IMG/VR virus record: IMGVR_UViG_3300024229_000651
Length of the DNA: 64,000 nucleotides
Source: a virus
Taxonomy: Duplodnaviria; Caudoviricetes
Reading direction: 5' to 3' (one strand)
Of the stretch, positions 36,791 through 47,154 are shown piece after piece (within the stretch, counting starts at the first letter, position 1; each line of letters starts with the position of its first letter). The notes below the pieces were generated by a model that saw only the letters and a program-made list of their open reading frames with translations, was not told the origin of the DNA and made no database searches. Made by a program: the position numbers and the translations under genes.

Positions 36791-37204
36791 CTATGCAGAG
36801 AGTCGGATATAATTAATTGCGCCGTATTCTGTGAGATAAGTAGATCCGTCACCTAATTGGCTACGATCAATAACTACTCTTAGATATGTGAAGTTGCCTT
36901 CAATAGTATATGCTTCGACTCCAGTAAAACCCTCTGTGCCGATTACAGGGAATTGCTTATAACCACCTTGATCAGGTGTTCGTCCGCCCGGGACTTGTAA
37001 GTTGAACCAGTCAGCTTCTGCAGGGTCTAAAGACAAACTACCTTGTACAAACACTCTGCCTTTAAATGCATTATACGAAACAGCAAAAGTGTGTATACCG
37101 TCGCTGTATCCGTAGTAACCGTCACCCTCAACTTTGTCAGTTGTGATGTTCATGTCAGAGCCAGTTGAACTCTGTACTAAAATACTCTTGCGTTCTATAG
37201 TCAT
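36791..37204 (-). CDS. Probable structural protein
   Basis: 137 aa behind GATAAATA (37210-37217). Confidence 0.7.
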   Translation of the reverse strand: MTIERKSILVQSSTGSDMNITTDKVEGDGYYGYSDGIHTFAVSYNAFKGRVFVQGSLSLDPAEADWFNLQVPGGRTPDQGGYKQFPVIGTEGFTGVEAYTIEGNFTYLRVVIDRSQLGDGSTYLTEYGAINYIRLSA

Positions 37205-37220
37205 ACAAGTATTTATCTAA

Positions 37221-37901
37221 TTACAGATTATCTATCACAATAATTTCTACCTTAGATGAAATAACATCGCCATATTTTAGTTTACAAAAAAACTCAATAT
37301 CCTCTAAGTCTTCCTTATTGAAATATACGTTGCAGTCATAGTATCTGCTGTCGCACACCCCCATAATAGATTTGCCTAACTTGTCATAGTATTCTGCATT
37401 GATTCTAGGATAGGTTTGTGCGTACCCATATGTACCAGTAGACAATCTACCACCAGTGCGATTTTCTTGTCTCTTTGGGTACTTCCATATTAACTTCATA
37501 TCATACTGATTAAAGTATTTATTGCCCTTTATAATGTGTACATAACCGCCGTACTTATTTTGTTTTTGAACTTTTTTCAGCATATCTACGTGGTAATCAC
37601 TGATAGGCCCTGATATATGATCTACGTTGTCATGGCCTATGTGATTTACAAAACTATCCAGTAATGCTTTACCGGTAAAGTAATAGTTTTTAGTCCAATT
37701 ATTAACACTTTTTGTACCAAACTTTCTATCCCACGCATCCCCAGAGCTTGTACCTTTCCAACTAAGAACATCAGCAGTTACTTTCCAATCAGCTGTGATC
37801 TCATTGTCCCTGAGCTTTACTCTATAAGGATATCCGCCGTAATATACTTTGTCACTGCCATGTACAGTATTTTTATAATCACTTCTGTTGAGAATTTCCA
37901 A
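37221..37901 (-). CDS. Hypothetical protein
   Basis: 226 aa ORF downstream of clpA. Confidence 0.65.
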   Translation of the reverse strand: MEILNRSDYKNTVHGSDKVYYGGYPYRVKLRDNEITADWKVTADVLSWKGTSSGDAWDRKFGTKSVNNWTKNYYFTGKALLDSFVNHIGHDNVDHISGPISDYHVDMLKKVQKQNKYGGYVHIIKGNKYFNQYDMKLIWKYPKRQENRTGGRLSTGTYGYAQTYPRINAEYYDKLGKSIMGVCDSRYYDCNVYFNKEDLEDIEFFCKLKYGDVISSKVEIIVIDNL

Positions 37902-40071
37902 AACTGATCTCTCCTTCTTCGCTAGTTGATACAGTTATGCAAACATCTTTAAGGTCTTCGAAGAGTAGTTTCTTACTGAGAGGTATTTTAATTAGTCTCT
38001 CAAATAAACGCTTTAAAGGTCTCGCTCCCATTGTGGGTTCGTATCCGTTTTCAATAAAGTATTCCAATGTATTATCGTCAAATACAATCTCTATATTCTT
38101 ATCTGATAGTTGTTGATTTGTTTCCTCTATCACTCGCTTGACAATTTTACCGATCACATCCTTATCTAACTTGTTGAATCGTATCACAGTATCAAGCCTG
38201 TTTCTAAATTCTGGAGTAAAGAATGACGTAATAGCTGTGACGTCTGTGTCAACTTTAGTGTTCTTGCCAAAACCAATTTTAAGTTTCTCTGCATCAGCAG
38301 CACCTAAGTTAGATGTCATAAGCAAAACTACATTTGTAAAGTCTGTTGTTTTGCCTGTTGCACCAGTCAGTCTACCATCGTCCATAACTTGCAACAATAC
38401 CTGTAATACTTCAGGTGCGGCTTTCTCAACTTCGTCTAATAGTAACACACAGTTGGGATAATTCTCTACAGTAGTTAGTAGTTGACCTTGCCCCATCTTG
38501 CCTTCAGCATGTCCTACATATCCAGGAGGAGCACCAATCAGTTTGCTCACGCTGTGACGTTCCTGGTACTCACTCATATCAAATCTAACTAATTTGCAGT
38601 CTAGTTCTTCTGCAAGTTGCTTTGCAGTTTCTGTTTTACCTGTTCCAGTAGGCCCAACTAATAAGAAACTACCCACAGGCTTATTCTTTTCTCTCAAACC
38701 AGACTTACTAACTAGTACTGCTTCTACTATCTTGTCAATGGCTTCGTCTTGCCCGTATACTTTTGTCTTAATGCGTTTGTCTAGGCTTTTATACCCCACA
38801 GTGCTGTCCACATCAATGACATCCTTACCAATGTTGCTCATTTTGCTGACAACAGTTAGAACATCATCCATGTCTACTATAGTTACACCTTTTAGTTTTG
38901 CTCTAGCTGCAGCACTGTCCATCACATCAACTGCCTTATCTGGAAAATACTTGTTCTTGATATATCTGTCAGCTAAGTCCACACACCGCTCTGCTAAGTC
39001 ATCTGACATCTCGACCTTGTGAAAATCTTCAAAGTTGGGCTTGAGGCCTTTGAGAATTAATATAGTATCTTCTACGTTTGTAGGCTCAACATCAACTCGT
39101 TGGAATCGACGCATCAATGCTCTATCTTTTTCAAAGTGTGTGCTGTACTCGTCACTGGTCGTAGCACCCATAGTAAGCAATTTACCTCTGCCCAGTATAG
39201 GTTTCATAAGGTTAGCAATATCTACGCTACTACCTCCGGCTGCGCCTGCGCCCATAATCATATGTATTTCGTCGATGAACAGAATTACATCTTTGTTCTT
39301 TTCCAAGTTGTCTAATACAATTTTAATCCTTTCTTCAAAGTCTCCTCTGTATCTTGTACCTGCTAACAACGAACCTATGTCTAAACTGAATACTGTTTTG
39401 GATTTTAATGCAGCAGGCACTTGCCCTTCTACAATCTTTAATGCCAAGCCTTCTGCAATAGCTGTTTTACCTACGCCTGGCTCGCCAATCAAAATTGGAT
39501 TATTCTTTTTTCGTCTTGCAAGAATATGCACAACTTCATCAACTTCTTCTGAACGTCCTATAAGTGGATCTATTTCACTTTGTGCGGCTTTCTCATTTAA
39601 GTTAATAAGAAATTCTTCTGCTTCTTTGAGGCTGTCTTCAAGTATGTTAGACTTATTAACAACTTCTACAATTTTCTTTTTGTTAATACCGTTCAATTCA
39701 CATAGATAAGATGCGTGTGTATCGCTTTCGCTTAGTATACTAATAAACAAATCTACTGAAGATATTTGTTCCCTAGCATTAAATATTACTTGGGCAAAGG
39801 CTCGCTGTAGTGCACGTTCTATGGACACAGTTTTTTTAGGCCTACCTTCGTAAGGGATCTCACCTACAAGCCCATTAAAATTATTTGCCTCTAAATAAGT
39901 TTCTAGATCATCTTTAGCTGTGAGCCAATCGCACTCTATTTCTTCTAAAACAGCAACCACATTCTCATCATCAAACAGGCTCACCACAAGGTGCTCTAAT
40001 GTAACATACTCGTGTTGCTTTGCTTGTGCAGAGTCTACTGCGTTTGATATGATTAAGTCCACATTACTCAT
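37879..40071 (-). CDS. clpA: ClpA-like AAA+ unfoldase
   Basis: Clp-N domain, GEPGVGKT, FIDEIH, GPTGTGKT, LDEVEKA, KIGF ClpP-docking loop, MGARPL. Confidence 0.92.
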   Translation of the reverse strand: MSNVDLIISNAVDSAQAKQHEYVTLEHLVVSLFDDENVVAVLEEIECDWLTAKDDLETYLEANNFNGLVGEIPYEGRPKKTVSIERALQRAFAQVIFNAREQISSVDLFISILSESDTHASYLCELNGINKKKIVEVVNKSNILEDSLKEAEEFLINLNEKAAQSEIDPLIGRSEEVDEVVHILARRKKNNPILIGEPGVGKTAIAEGLALKIVEGQVPAALKSKTVFSLDIGSLLAGTRYRGDFEERIKIVLDNLEKNKDVILFIDEIHMIMGAGAAGGSSVDIANLMKPILGRGKLLTMGATTSDEYSTHFEKDRALMRRFQRVDVEPTNVEDTILILKGLKPNFEDFHKVEMSDDLAERCVDLADRYIKNKYFPDKAVDVMDSAAARAKLKGVTIVDMDDVLTVVSKMSNIGKDVIDVDSTVGYKSLDKRIKTKVYGQDEAIDKIVEAVLVSKSGLREKNKPVGSFLLVGPTGTGKTETAKQLAEELDCKLVRFDMSEYQERHSVSKLIGAPPGYVGHAEGKMGQGQLLTTVENYPNCVLLLDEVEKAAPEVLQVLLQVMDDGRLTGATGKTTDFTNVVLLMTSNLGAADAEKLKIGFGKNTKVDTDVTAITSFFTPEFRNRLDTVIRFNKLDKDVIGKIVKRVIEETNQQLSDKNIEIVFDDNTLEYFIENGYEPTMGARPLKRLFERLIKIPLSKKLLFEDLKDVCITVSTSEEGEISFGNSQQK

Positions 40072-40075
40072 ATTG

Positions 40076-40858
40076 CTAAATTTCCTTGTTTATAAATTGT
40101 TCTAATTTGTCTAATTGATCGTCCATCAAACTAGGCATAGATACGTCAAGAATAACATATAACGTGCCTTTTACTCCACTATTAGAGTTAGGCATTCCTA
40201 AGTTACTTAACCTTAACCTACCATCTTGCCCACTTCGTTTTGGCACTTTTACACGCACTGTTGTACCATTTATGTGTTCTATTTCAACAGTGCATCCTAG
40301 CAATGATTGAAAATAATCTATACCCACTTTGCAATATAGATCATCACCACGTCTATCCCACTCGGGTGGATTGATAACGTGTATCCTGACTACTAAATCC
40401 CCAGGAGGTAAGTTGCTGTGCTCCAACGGCCCTTTACCAGTTAAGTGGAATTGTGTGCCGTGTGAGGTACCAGCTGGTACACTAAATTTTATTTTACTGT
40501 ACCCTAAATCAATTATTTTATCTATGCCGGTGTATGCTTCTCTCAAGTTTACGGACAAGTCGCATACTGCGTCTCTGTTTGCTCTTGCTCTCGTTCTATG
40601 CTGTGCATGTGCTTGTCTAAACATGTCATGGAAAAAACTGTCGAACCCTCCCCCAAAACTAGATCCTTGCACTGGATTATCGTATTCTGCTTTTGCCTTT
40701 TCATTGCCTAATACATCGTATGCTTCTTGTACTTTTTTAAAGCTCGCTTCGTCGCCGCCTCTATCTGGATGATGTTTGCTGGCTAAACGCCTGTATGCTT
40801 TTTTGATATCTGCTTGTGACGCCTGTTTATCGACGCCTAACGTGTTATAATAATCCAT
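40076..40858 (-). CDS. dnaJ: DnaJ/CbpA-class co-chaperone (no Zn finger)
   Basis: MDYYNTLGV...HPD J-domain; C-terminal GDLYC; promoter TTGACT-17-TATAAT at 40864-40892. Confidence 0.88.
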   Translation of the reverse strand: MDYYNTLGVDKQASQADIKKAYRRLASKHHPDRGGDEASFKKVQEAYDVLGNEKAKAEYDNPVQGSSFGGGFDSFFHDMFRQAHAQHRTRARANRDAVCDLSVNLREAYTGIDKIIDLGYSKIKFSVPAGTSHGTQFHLTGKGPLEHSNLPPGDLVVRIHVINPPEWDRRGDDLYCKVGIDYFQSLLGCTVEIEHINGTTVRVKVPKRSGQDGRLRLSNLGMPNSNSGVKGTLYVILDVSMPSLMDDQLDKLEQFINKEI

Positions 40859-40902
40859 AGTTAATTATAGCAAAGTTTTATAGTGTAGTCAATGAATATT
40901 TG

Positions 40903-41139
40903 TTAGAGACGACTTTTAACTAGTTGGACAACATCACGTACAATGTAAATATTATCCAAGTCATCGTCAAAAATTTCTATATCGAACTCATCTTCGCATA
41001 TCAGTGACATATCGACTACAGCTAAACTATCTAACTCTAGATCATTCACTAAATGGCTATTGAGGTTTATTTGTATTTTGGAGTTGGTTACTAATTCTTG
41101 TAGCAAGACAATTAGTTTTTCTTCAATGTGATCCTGCAT
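40903..41139 (-). CDS. acpP: Acyl carrier protein-like
   Basis: 78 aa, acidic, LELDSLAVVD phosphopantetheine-site motif, EDEFDIEI. Confidence 0.8.
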   Translation of the reverse strand: MQDHIEEKLIVLLQELVTNSKIQINLNSHLVNDLELDSLAVVDMSLICEDEFDIEIFDDDLDNIYIVRDVVQLVKSRL

Positions 41140-41868
41140 TTAATCGTTTCCGAAAGGTAGTAATTTCTTAATGCTGAAGCCTGTTTCTTCTTGCGGCTGT
41201 TCTGCAGGTGGAGGAGTATACTGTTCCTCGTTGTTTGCTTCCTCTGCCTCACGCTGGTTGTCTTGTCTTTCTTCGTTCTCGTCTAACCAGCCTTCCTTAC
41301 CTTTGGGCTTAGTTGCTTCTCTGTAGTAAAAAATAATTTCTTTTTGCTGGTTGATATAACGCTTAATATCTTGTAAGTTAGCAGCCATTCGCTCGTAGCC
41401 TACCGGAGTGATTGCTAGTACAACAAATCCTCCGTCTAGCATGTTCTCAACTTCAGCAATCTTTTGTTCTAAGTTACCGCATACTTCTATACCTTTGCCG
41501 GCATCGTCTAACAGTTGGGGCAACTCTATTCTGTTACCATCTGCATCACGTTGGACACGCCTTGCTGAAGTACCATCCTCTTTGGTATAGTCTTCGTATG
41601 CAAAGCGTTCCGTTGTTCGATAAGTTTTTGAACTGCCTACTACTTTTTTAATTCCTGTTGCTGGTTTGCAAGGAGTATTTGTGATCACTTTCCAATCTAT
41701 ATCATTTAACGAAATCTGTGGAGGTAATGGTGGCTGATATATTTCAACCTCAACAGTTTCTGTTATTACTTTAACTGGTGGTAGTGGTTGATATGGTTGC
41801 TGCATCGTGCTACATGCACCTAATGAAAATAATGATGCAATCAATAGTATATTTTTAATTTGTCTCAT
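41140..41868 (-). CDS. Outer-membrane lipoprotein, o-spanin-like
   Basis: LGAC lipobox, Pro-rich N-terminus, follows an i-spanin-like gene. Confidence 0.6.
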   Translation of the reverse strand: MRQIKNILLIASLFSLGACSTMQQPYQPLPPVKVITETVEVEIYQPPLPPQISLNDIDWKVITNTPCKPATGIKKVVGSSKTYRTTERFAYEDYTKEDGTSARRVQRDADGNRIELPQLLDDAGKGIEVCGNLEQKIAEVENMLDGGFVVLAITPVGYERMAANLQDIKRYINQQKEIIFYYREATKPKGKEGWLDENEERQDNQREAEEANNEEQYTPPPAEQPQEETGFSIKKLLPFGND

Positions 41869-42289
41869 CTTGTGTACCTAATGTCTCTGTCTCTATACTG
41901 TCTTGTTCCACGCTGTCAAAAACTTCTGCTGTTGCATTATTAGCACGATCCTCAATCATCTGTGGACGTAACCTAGCTAATTTTGTAAAATTGTGATTAG
42001 CAAAAATTTGCATGGCTTCTTTTGCTTGCGCTTCCCATTGTGAGGACTGTGTTGCAAGTGTACCTATTTGTGCAATTTGCTTTTTATTAGACTCTTCTAA
42101 GCCTCTGATAGTTTGCTCGTTCAATTGTGCGGCAGTCTGGAGTGCAACATTCTGTTGATTTAGTACATCTATCTGTTGTTGCTGATTTGATATTCTAGTT
42201 TCTAATTGACCAACAACAAATTTATGTGCACCGTATCCGACGCCTGCCAATAGTATAATTAGTGGTAATGCTTTTATAAATCCTAACAT
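41855..42289 (-). CDS. i-spanin-like protein
   Basis: N-terminal TM followed by a long coiled coil. Confidence 0.6.
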   Translation of the reverse strand: MLGFIKALPLIILLAGVGYGAHKFVVGQLETRISNQQQQIDVLNQQNVALQTAAQLNEQTIRGLEESNKKQIAQIGTLATQSSQWEAQAKEAMQIFANHNFTKLARLRPQMIEDRANNATAEVFDSVEQDSIETETLGTQDETN

Positions 42290-43044
42290 GGTTTCGCTAC
42301 TAACACTCTATCAGTTTCCGTATTATGGAAAACGATATGTTTGTTAATAGGCACAATACTTAAATTTCCTTTTATACTACTTAATTGACTTAGTAAGTGG
42401 GGGTCAAAATCTGTGTCTATTGCAAGATCGTTTAATCCGGATTCTTCGAGTGGAAGTTTCCCTTCTCCGATTGTTACAAATTCTAATGTTGTGTTATATC
42501 TGTAATCTTTTAAATTTAGTTTGTTTTCTTGGAAGGTAACTTCCAATGCGTTCGATCCTGTAAAAAATTCTAACACAGACTCTTCGAACTTGGATTGCTT
42601 GTCGTTATCAAAATCTTCTTTGGTCATGTACTCGTCAGGCGATTCTATAATATATGTGGATAGTAAATCTGATGATATGTCAATTTCTTCTTCTGACAAT
42701 AATGGTTTCACTGTCCAATCAGCTTCGCCAATTAAGTTATACATATCCGAGACCATTTCTTTTATAGTGCTGAGTACGCCTTCTTTCCTATCCATCTCAA
42801 CAAATACCATATAATAGTTTTCTTGATTTGGATTTGGAGTAACTTCCACATCCCTTATATCAAAATGACTCTTGCTTAAAAACTTTGCAAGGTCATCGCC
42901 TGCACTTTGTTCTGTTACATAAAATCCCACCACAGCAACATTTTCTTTTTCGCCTGTCTTAGGTTCAAACTCATCAAACGATATGTTTGGTACGAGTACA
43001 TCTTTTAAATCTTTGTGGTTTAGATTTTCGTTAACTATAGACAT
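42283..43044 (-). CDS. Hypothetical protein
   Basis: 253 aa, acidic, operonic. Confidence 0.75.
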   Translation of the reverse strand: MSIVNENLNHKDLKDVLVPNISFDEFEPKTGEKENVAVVGFYVTEQSAGDDLAKFLSKSHFDIRDVEVTPNPNQENYYMVFVEMDRKEGVLSTIKEMVSDMYNLIGEADWTVKPLLSEEEIDISSDLLSTYIIESPDEYMTKEDFDNDKQSKFEESVLEFFTGSNALEVTFQENKLNLKDYRYNTTLEFVTIGEGKLPLEESGLNDLAIDTDFDPHLLSQLSSIKGNLSIVPINKHIVFHNTETDRVLVAKPC

Positions 43045-43045
43045 A

Positions 43046-43603
43046 TTATACTACACCCGGGTCTGTTGCGGCATCTAATGTGTCACCAGCAATAGCAGGT
43101 TGTTCAGCAACACCCATGTCTTGGGCACCAGCGACATCCTCCATGTTTACATACGCATCTTCAGCAGCTTCTATTTGTTCGGTACTGAATTCATCTACGA
43201 ACCGTCTGGGCATTTTGATCTCAACTATCCAAACGTCATCTTTCGCAGGCTTCGCTACACGCCTAGCCTGATCCCCTCGCATTTTGATTTCTGTATCTTC
43301 TAAGCTATTAATTTTACTCGGTCTCAATAGCTGATCTTTGTACATCCTAACATCACATTGGTTGCTTTCCAAACGCTTAATAGCATCTGGATCTGGCATA
43401 TCCTTGTAAGGATACATAATCGACACTTCAACAAAGTATCTGCTTAACTTAGGCCCTTCAACAATTTCACCGGTGCGCCAGTTTCTGTAAGCATAAATGT
43501 CGAAACTGTCTAGTACACCTTCAAATTCTAAAAGCATGTCCAATAAAGTATTAGTATCAGACACTTTTCGAATGTTATCATTAATTATTTTCAATGTTCG
43601 CAT
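43046..43603 (-). CDS. Hypothetical late protein
   Basis: Start MRTLK at 43603; GATAAATA at 43626-43633. Confidence 0.75.
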   Translation of the reverse strand: MRTLKIINDNIRKVSDTNTLLDMLLEFEGVLDSFDIYAYRNWRTGEIVEGPKLSRYFVEVSIMYPYKDMPDPDAIKRLESNQCDVRMYKDQLLRPSKINSLEDTEIKMRGDQARRVAKPAKDDVWIVEIKMPRRFVDEFSTEQIEAAEDAYVNMEDVAGAQDMGVAEQPAIAGDTLDAATDPGVV

Positions 43604-43821
43604 TGGATATTCCTTGTAATGCAAGTATTTATCAAAAGTAGAACAACAAATGACAGAATTTTAAACAACTGTGTTAATAGTACACACATACACACTAAAT
43701 ATTTTTTGAGTATGATAAGTCTACAAACATTACAGCGTCCTCAACTATACCCCAATATGTTATTCGGCTATAAATTTGTAGCCAGCCATACTCACGACAA
43801 GACAAAGACGGAGGTCGTATC

Positions 43822-44577
43822 ATGTCTAGAAAGAAACGCAAAGAGCGCCAATCAAAAACAAGATTTATGGAGAACTCACATTTGACAGTAATTACGGGTG
43901 GAAATCAAGCAGAACAATACATACAAACATATAGTAAGGAGGTGAGAATATTACCAAGAAACATTAAACAAGATACTCTGCTAGAAACACTTGAGGACTC
44001 AACTAAACCTATAGTTTTTGCTACAGGCCCAGCTGGTACCGGTAAAACAATGATTAGCACATTATACGCTATACGAGAATTTAAAAAGGGTAACATTGAT
44101 AAGATCATTATCACAAGACCCGCAGTTAGCGTAGATGAGCAACACGGTTTTTTACCTGGTACACTTCAAGAAAAAATGGCACCATGGACTAGGCCCATTT
44201 TTGATATTTTTGAGGAGTATTTCAACCCTAAAGAAATTGAAACATTGATCGAATATAATAAAATAGAGATAGCCCCTCTAGCATATATGCGAGGTCGAAC
44301 ATTTAAAAATGCTGTGATCTTAGCCGACGAGATGCAAAATGCAACTAAGGAACAAATGAAGATGTTGCTAACACGTATTGGTGATAATAGCCAGCTCGTT
44401 GTGAACGGAGATCTTAATCAGCATGATAGAGGCTACGAGACAAACGGTCTCAAAGATTTTTTACATCATTTAGAAAGCTGTAATAGCAAAATGATAGGAG
44501 CAGTCGAATTTACTACTAAGGAGGTAGAGAGACATCCGGCTGTATCAGAAGTTCTTAAGATTTATCAACAAGAGTAG
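43822..44577 (+). CDS. phoH: PhoH-family ATPase
   Basis: GPAGTGKT, GFLPG, YMRGRT, ADEMQN, GDLNQHD; GGAGG SD. Confidence 0.93.
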   Translation: MSRKKRKERQSKTRFMENSHLTVITGGNQAEQYIQTYSKEVRILPRNIKQDTLLETLEDSTKPIVFATGPAGTGKTMISTLYAIREFKKGNIDKIIITRPAVSVDEQHGFLPGTLQEKMAPWTRPIFDIFEEYFNPKEIETLIEYNKIEIAPLAYMRGRTFKNAVILADEMQNATKEQMKMLLTRIGDNSQLVVNGDLNQHDRGYETNGLKDFLHHLESCNSKMIGAVEFTTKEVERHPAVSEVLKIYQQE

Positions 44578-44770
44578 TTATAACTTTTAAGAGTTGTTCA
44601 CACAGTGGACCGAATTGATTATCTTCTATATCGTGGAGTTCTCTCATTCGGTCCACTGCACTCTGTACAGATCTCAGCGGATCTGCACTACCTTGCTCAA
44701 TGTGCTTCCACACAAATCCACTAGGCTTAAACTCCGGTTCCTTGAGAATCTCTGCTACAAGATCAATCAT
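44555..44770 (-). CDS. Small hypothetical protein
   Basis: Start MIDLV overlapping the upstream stop. Confidence 0.55.
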   Translation of the reverse strand: MIDLVAEILKEPEFKPSGFVWKHIEQGSADPLRSVQSAVDRMRELHDIEDNQFGPLCEQLLKVITTLVDKS

Positions 44771-45290
44771 ATTCGCTGTATCGAATAGCAGCAAAATACG
44801 AGTTGTGCTCGTCTACATCTATCATGCCCTTAACGCTATCAAACAGCTCGTCTACGCAACGTTTAATATTATATGAGTTGTAGTCGCAGGTAATAATATA
44901 TCCGCCTGGTTCTAGCATAGCATACATGCGCTCAAACGAAGCACGTATTTTAGGATAAAGGGCTTCGTCTGGCACTCCGGGAATCATGTTGGGTATGGAA
45001 CAAAAAATTATATCATGCAACACATCGGGGGGTTCTGCATTACCCATTATGTTATATTCTGTAAAATTTTCGTCCAAGCCTTTATAGCGACCGTTTGTTG
45101 GTCTAAAGATATTTTGTGTATAATCGTCGTAAATTTTTACATCAAGGTCATTGTCTATTAGGAACTGGGCTAGTTCTTTATCGCCTCTGCCATACTCAAA
45201 TAGCCCAACTGTTTTAACTGGCCATTTGTTAAAATATTCATTAAAGACAACGTTATGAGTAGAATCATAATTTTCGAGTTGGAAGTCCAT
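44763..45290 (-). CDS. Degenerate class I methyltransferase-like protein
   Basis: FEYGRG and MLEPGGYIITCD segments. Confidence 0.45.
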   Translation of the reverse strand: MDFQLENYDSTHNVVFNEYFNKWPVKTVGLFEYGRGDKELAQFLIDNDLDVKIYDDYTQNIFRPTNGRYKGLDENFTEYNIMGNAEPPDVLHDIIFCSIPNMIPGVPDEALYPKIRASFERMYAMLEPGGYIITCDYNSYNIKRCVDELFDSVKGMIDVDEHNSYFAAIRYSEYD

Positions 45291-45304
45291 GTGTGTCCTG
45301 TGTA

Positions 45305-45613
45305 TTAGTAAATTTTTCTTACATCGTAGCCCACGGGATTGACAACTTTTATTTCGTGTGTGACCCCGAGCAAATCTACAAATATAATGTGTGTTGTACT
45401 TAGTTTTTTAAGTGCTTTAGCTCTATATGTTTTGGGGGACGTTGACTCTATACGTGAACCATCGTCCATGAACTTAACTGCGCTTGGGAAAAATATTGTT
45501 AGTTCCCACTCTTCTCTCCAAAGTGTTCGCCACCAATGTCTAATTCTAGCCCAGGCACTCAGCTTGACAACTTTAATGTCTTCTTCTTGTGTGATCTTTT
45601 CTAATTCAGCCAT
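45305..45613 (-). CDS. Hypothetical late protein
   Basis: GATAAATA at 45619-45626. Confidence 0.65.
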   Translation of the reverse strand: MAELEKITQEEDIKVVKLSAWARIRHWWRTLWREEWELTIFFPSAVKFMDDGSRIESTSPKTYRAKALKKLSTTHIIFVDLLGVTHEIKVVNPVGYDVRKIY

Positions 45614-45625
45614 AGCAGTATTTAT

Positions 45626-46549
45626 CTACATACTGTTCATTTGTAGTTCCACAAGAGTTGCACTAAGATTGATTTCAGGGTCAGCTACAGCAATACTTTT
45701 TGCTATGCCGTTTCTGATAATCACAATAGCTTGATCCTGCTGTTGCTCTGTGTTACCCCATAGTTGTAAGTTCCTGTACATAAACCTATACACGTCATCA
45801 TATTCTTCCGGACGAGCTTGGCTTACAATCATTGTTCTTGCATCTTTATACTTGCCTGCTTTAAACAATTCTACAGCACTTAACATCCAATCACTCTGGC
45901 TTTTGTCACCGGCTTGTGGTTTTTGTAGTGCGTTATCAACAACATTCTGTTGTAACAAATTGATACTTTTACGCAAGTCTGGATAACTTGCTTGTACATA
46001 GGTGTCCAATGTTTCTAAATCTACTGCTACATTTTCCGCAATACAAATAGTTGCTAACCTAGCAGTAAATTCTTTAATGTCTAACTTCTCAATATGAAAG
46101 CCCTGGCATCTGCTGTGCAATGCAGGAATAATTCTGTTTGGATAGTTACAAGTGAGTATAAACCTACAACTAGTATGGTACATCTCCATTACACCGCGGA
46201 GTGCTGCCTGACCATTAGGCGTGATGTAATCAGCCTCATCTAGCAACACATACTTCATGTCTCCAAACGGCATTGTGCCACTAAAGTTTGTGATTTTATT
46301 TCTTATTGTGTCTACGTTATTTTCGTTACTAGCATTAATTTCCAGTATGTCCATACTGTCAACATCTAGCTCTTTCAGTAAAACTTTTGCAAGTGTTGTC
46401 TTGCCAGTTCCAGGCGCACCACTGAACAGTAAGTGCGGAAGTGCTCCTTCGTTAACCCAGCTACTGACTTGGGTTCGCTGACTGTCATCTCTAAACACAT
46501 AGTCTGTGATATTATTAGGACGGTATTTCTCTACCCAAAGTTCTTTCAT
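45626..46549 (-). CDS. Clamp loader small subunit (RFC / T4 gp44-like)
   Basis: WVEKYRP, GAPGTGKT, LDEAD, ALHSRC; promoter TTGACA-17-TATAAT at 46585-46613. Confidence 0.92.
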   Translation of the reverse strand: MKELWVEKYRPNNITDYVFRDDSQRTQVSSWVNEGALPHLLFSGAPGTGKTTLAKVLLKELDVDSMDILEINASNENNVDTIRNKITNFSGTMPFGDMKYVLLDEADYITPNGQAALRGVMEMYHTSCRFILTCNYPNRIIPALHSRCQGFHIEKLDIKEFTARLATICIAENVAVDLETLDTYVQASYPDLRKSINLLQQNVVDNALQKPQAGDKSQSDWMLSAVELFKAGKYKDARTMIVSQARPEEYDDVYRFMYRNLQLWGNTEQQQDQAIVIIRNGIAKSIAVADPEINLSATLVELQMNSM

Positions 46550-46609
46550 TACGGTGTCTCAAAGGTTAGTTGTATTTGTGTATTATTATAGCGTAAAAGA
46601 CGCTGAGTG

Positions 46610-46786
46610 TCAAGACTTATTTGGTGCTCTTCCGCTTTCAACACCTACACCCATTAGTATAAGTGTCACAGCGGCTGTGAGCCAAGCAGAGTGTAAGTCT
46701 CCAAAGATAACTCCAGCGAGCACAACACATCCCGCTAAACCCAAAGTGGAAACTCCTACTCTATTATTTTGTTCTGGTAGTTTCAT
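46610..46786 (-). CDS. 58-aa two-TM small protein (missed by ORF track)
   Basis: MKLPEQNNRVGVSTLGLAGCVVLAGVIFGDLHSAWLTAAVTLILMGVGVESGRAPNKS, starts 2 nt after the groES stop. Confidence 0.55.
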   Translation of the reverse strand: MKLPEQNNRVGVSTLGLAGCVVLAGVIFGDLHSAWLTAAVTLILMGVGVESGRAPNKS

Positions 46787-46788
46787 TC

Positions 46789-47154
46789 TTAGTCCAAGCC
46801 GCCTCTAAAGGACTCGAACTGACCTAGCACTGCACCTTCGGGAGGTTCATCTGCAATTAACATGCATGCAACTGGATCTACCTTCCACACTTTCTTAATA
46901 TTGCCTTCAGTGTCAAAAGCATCATCTTGCATGTCCATGGCTTCAGTCCATCTTCCGTATTCTACATACACCCAATCATCCTGTTTACACCAGTCAATCT
47001 CAGGACCAACTGCATGTACCTTAAACCATCTTGGGTGAATGCCTTCGTCTTTGCCAATAGTCTTTTGTATAATGATACCGGACTGCGTTTGTTGCTCGCC
47101 GAAGTTTGCATCAACACAAAGTATGTTGTCACCTATTGCTCTTAACTTAGGCAT
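46789..47154 (-). CDS. groES: GroES-like co-chaperonin
   Basis: LRAIGDNIL...QTQSGIII mobile-loop pattern, VHAVGP. Confidence 0.7.
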   Translation of the reverse strand: MPKLRAIGDNILCVDANFGEQQTQSGIIIQKTIGKDEGIHPRWFKVHAVGPEIDWCKQDDWVYVEYGRWTEAMDMQDDAFDTEGNIKKVWKVDPVACMLIADEPPEGAVLGQFESFRGGLD

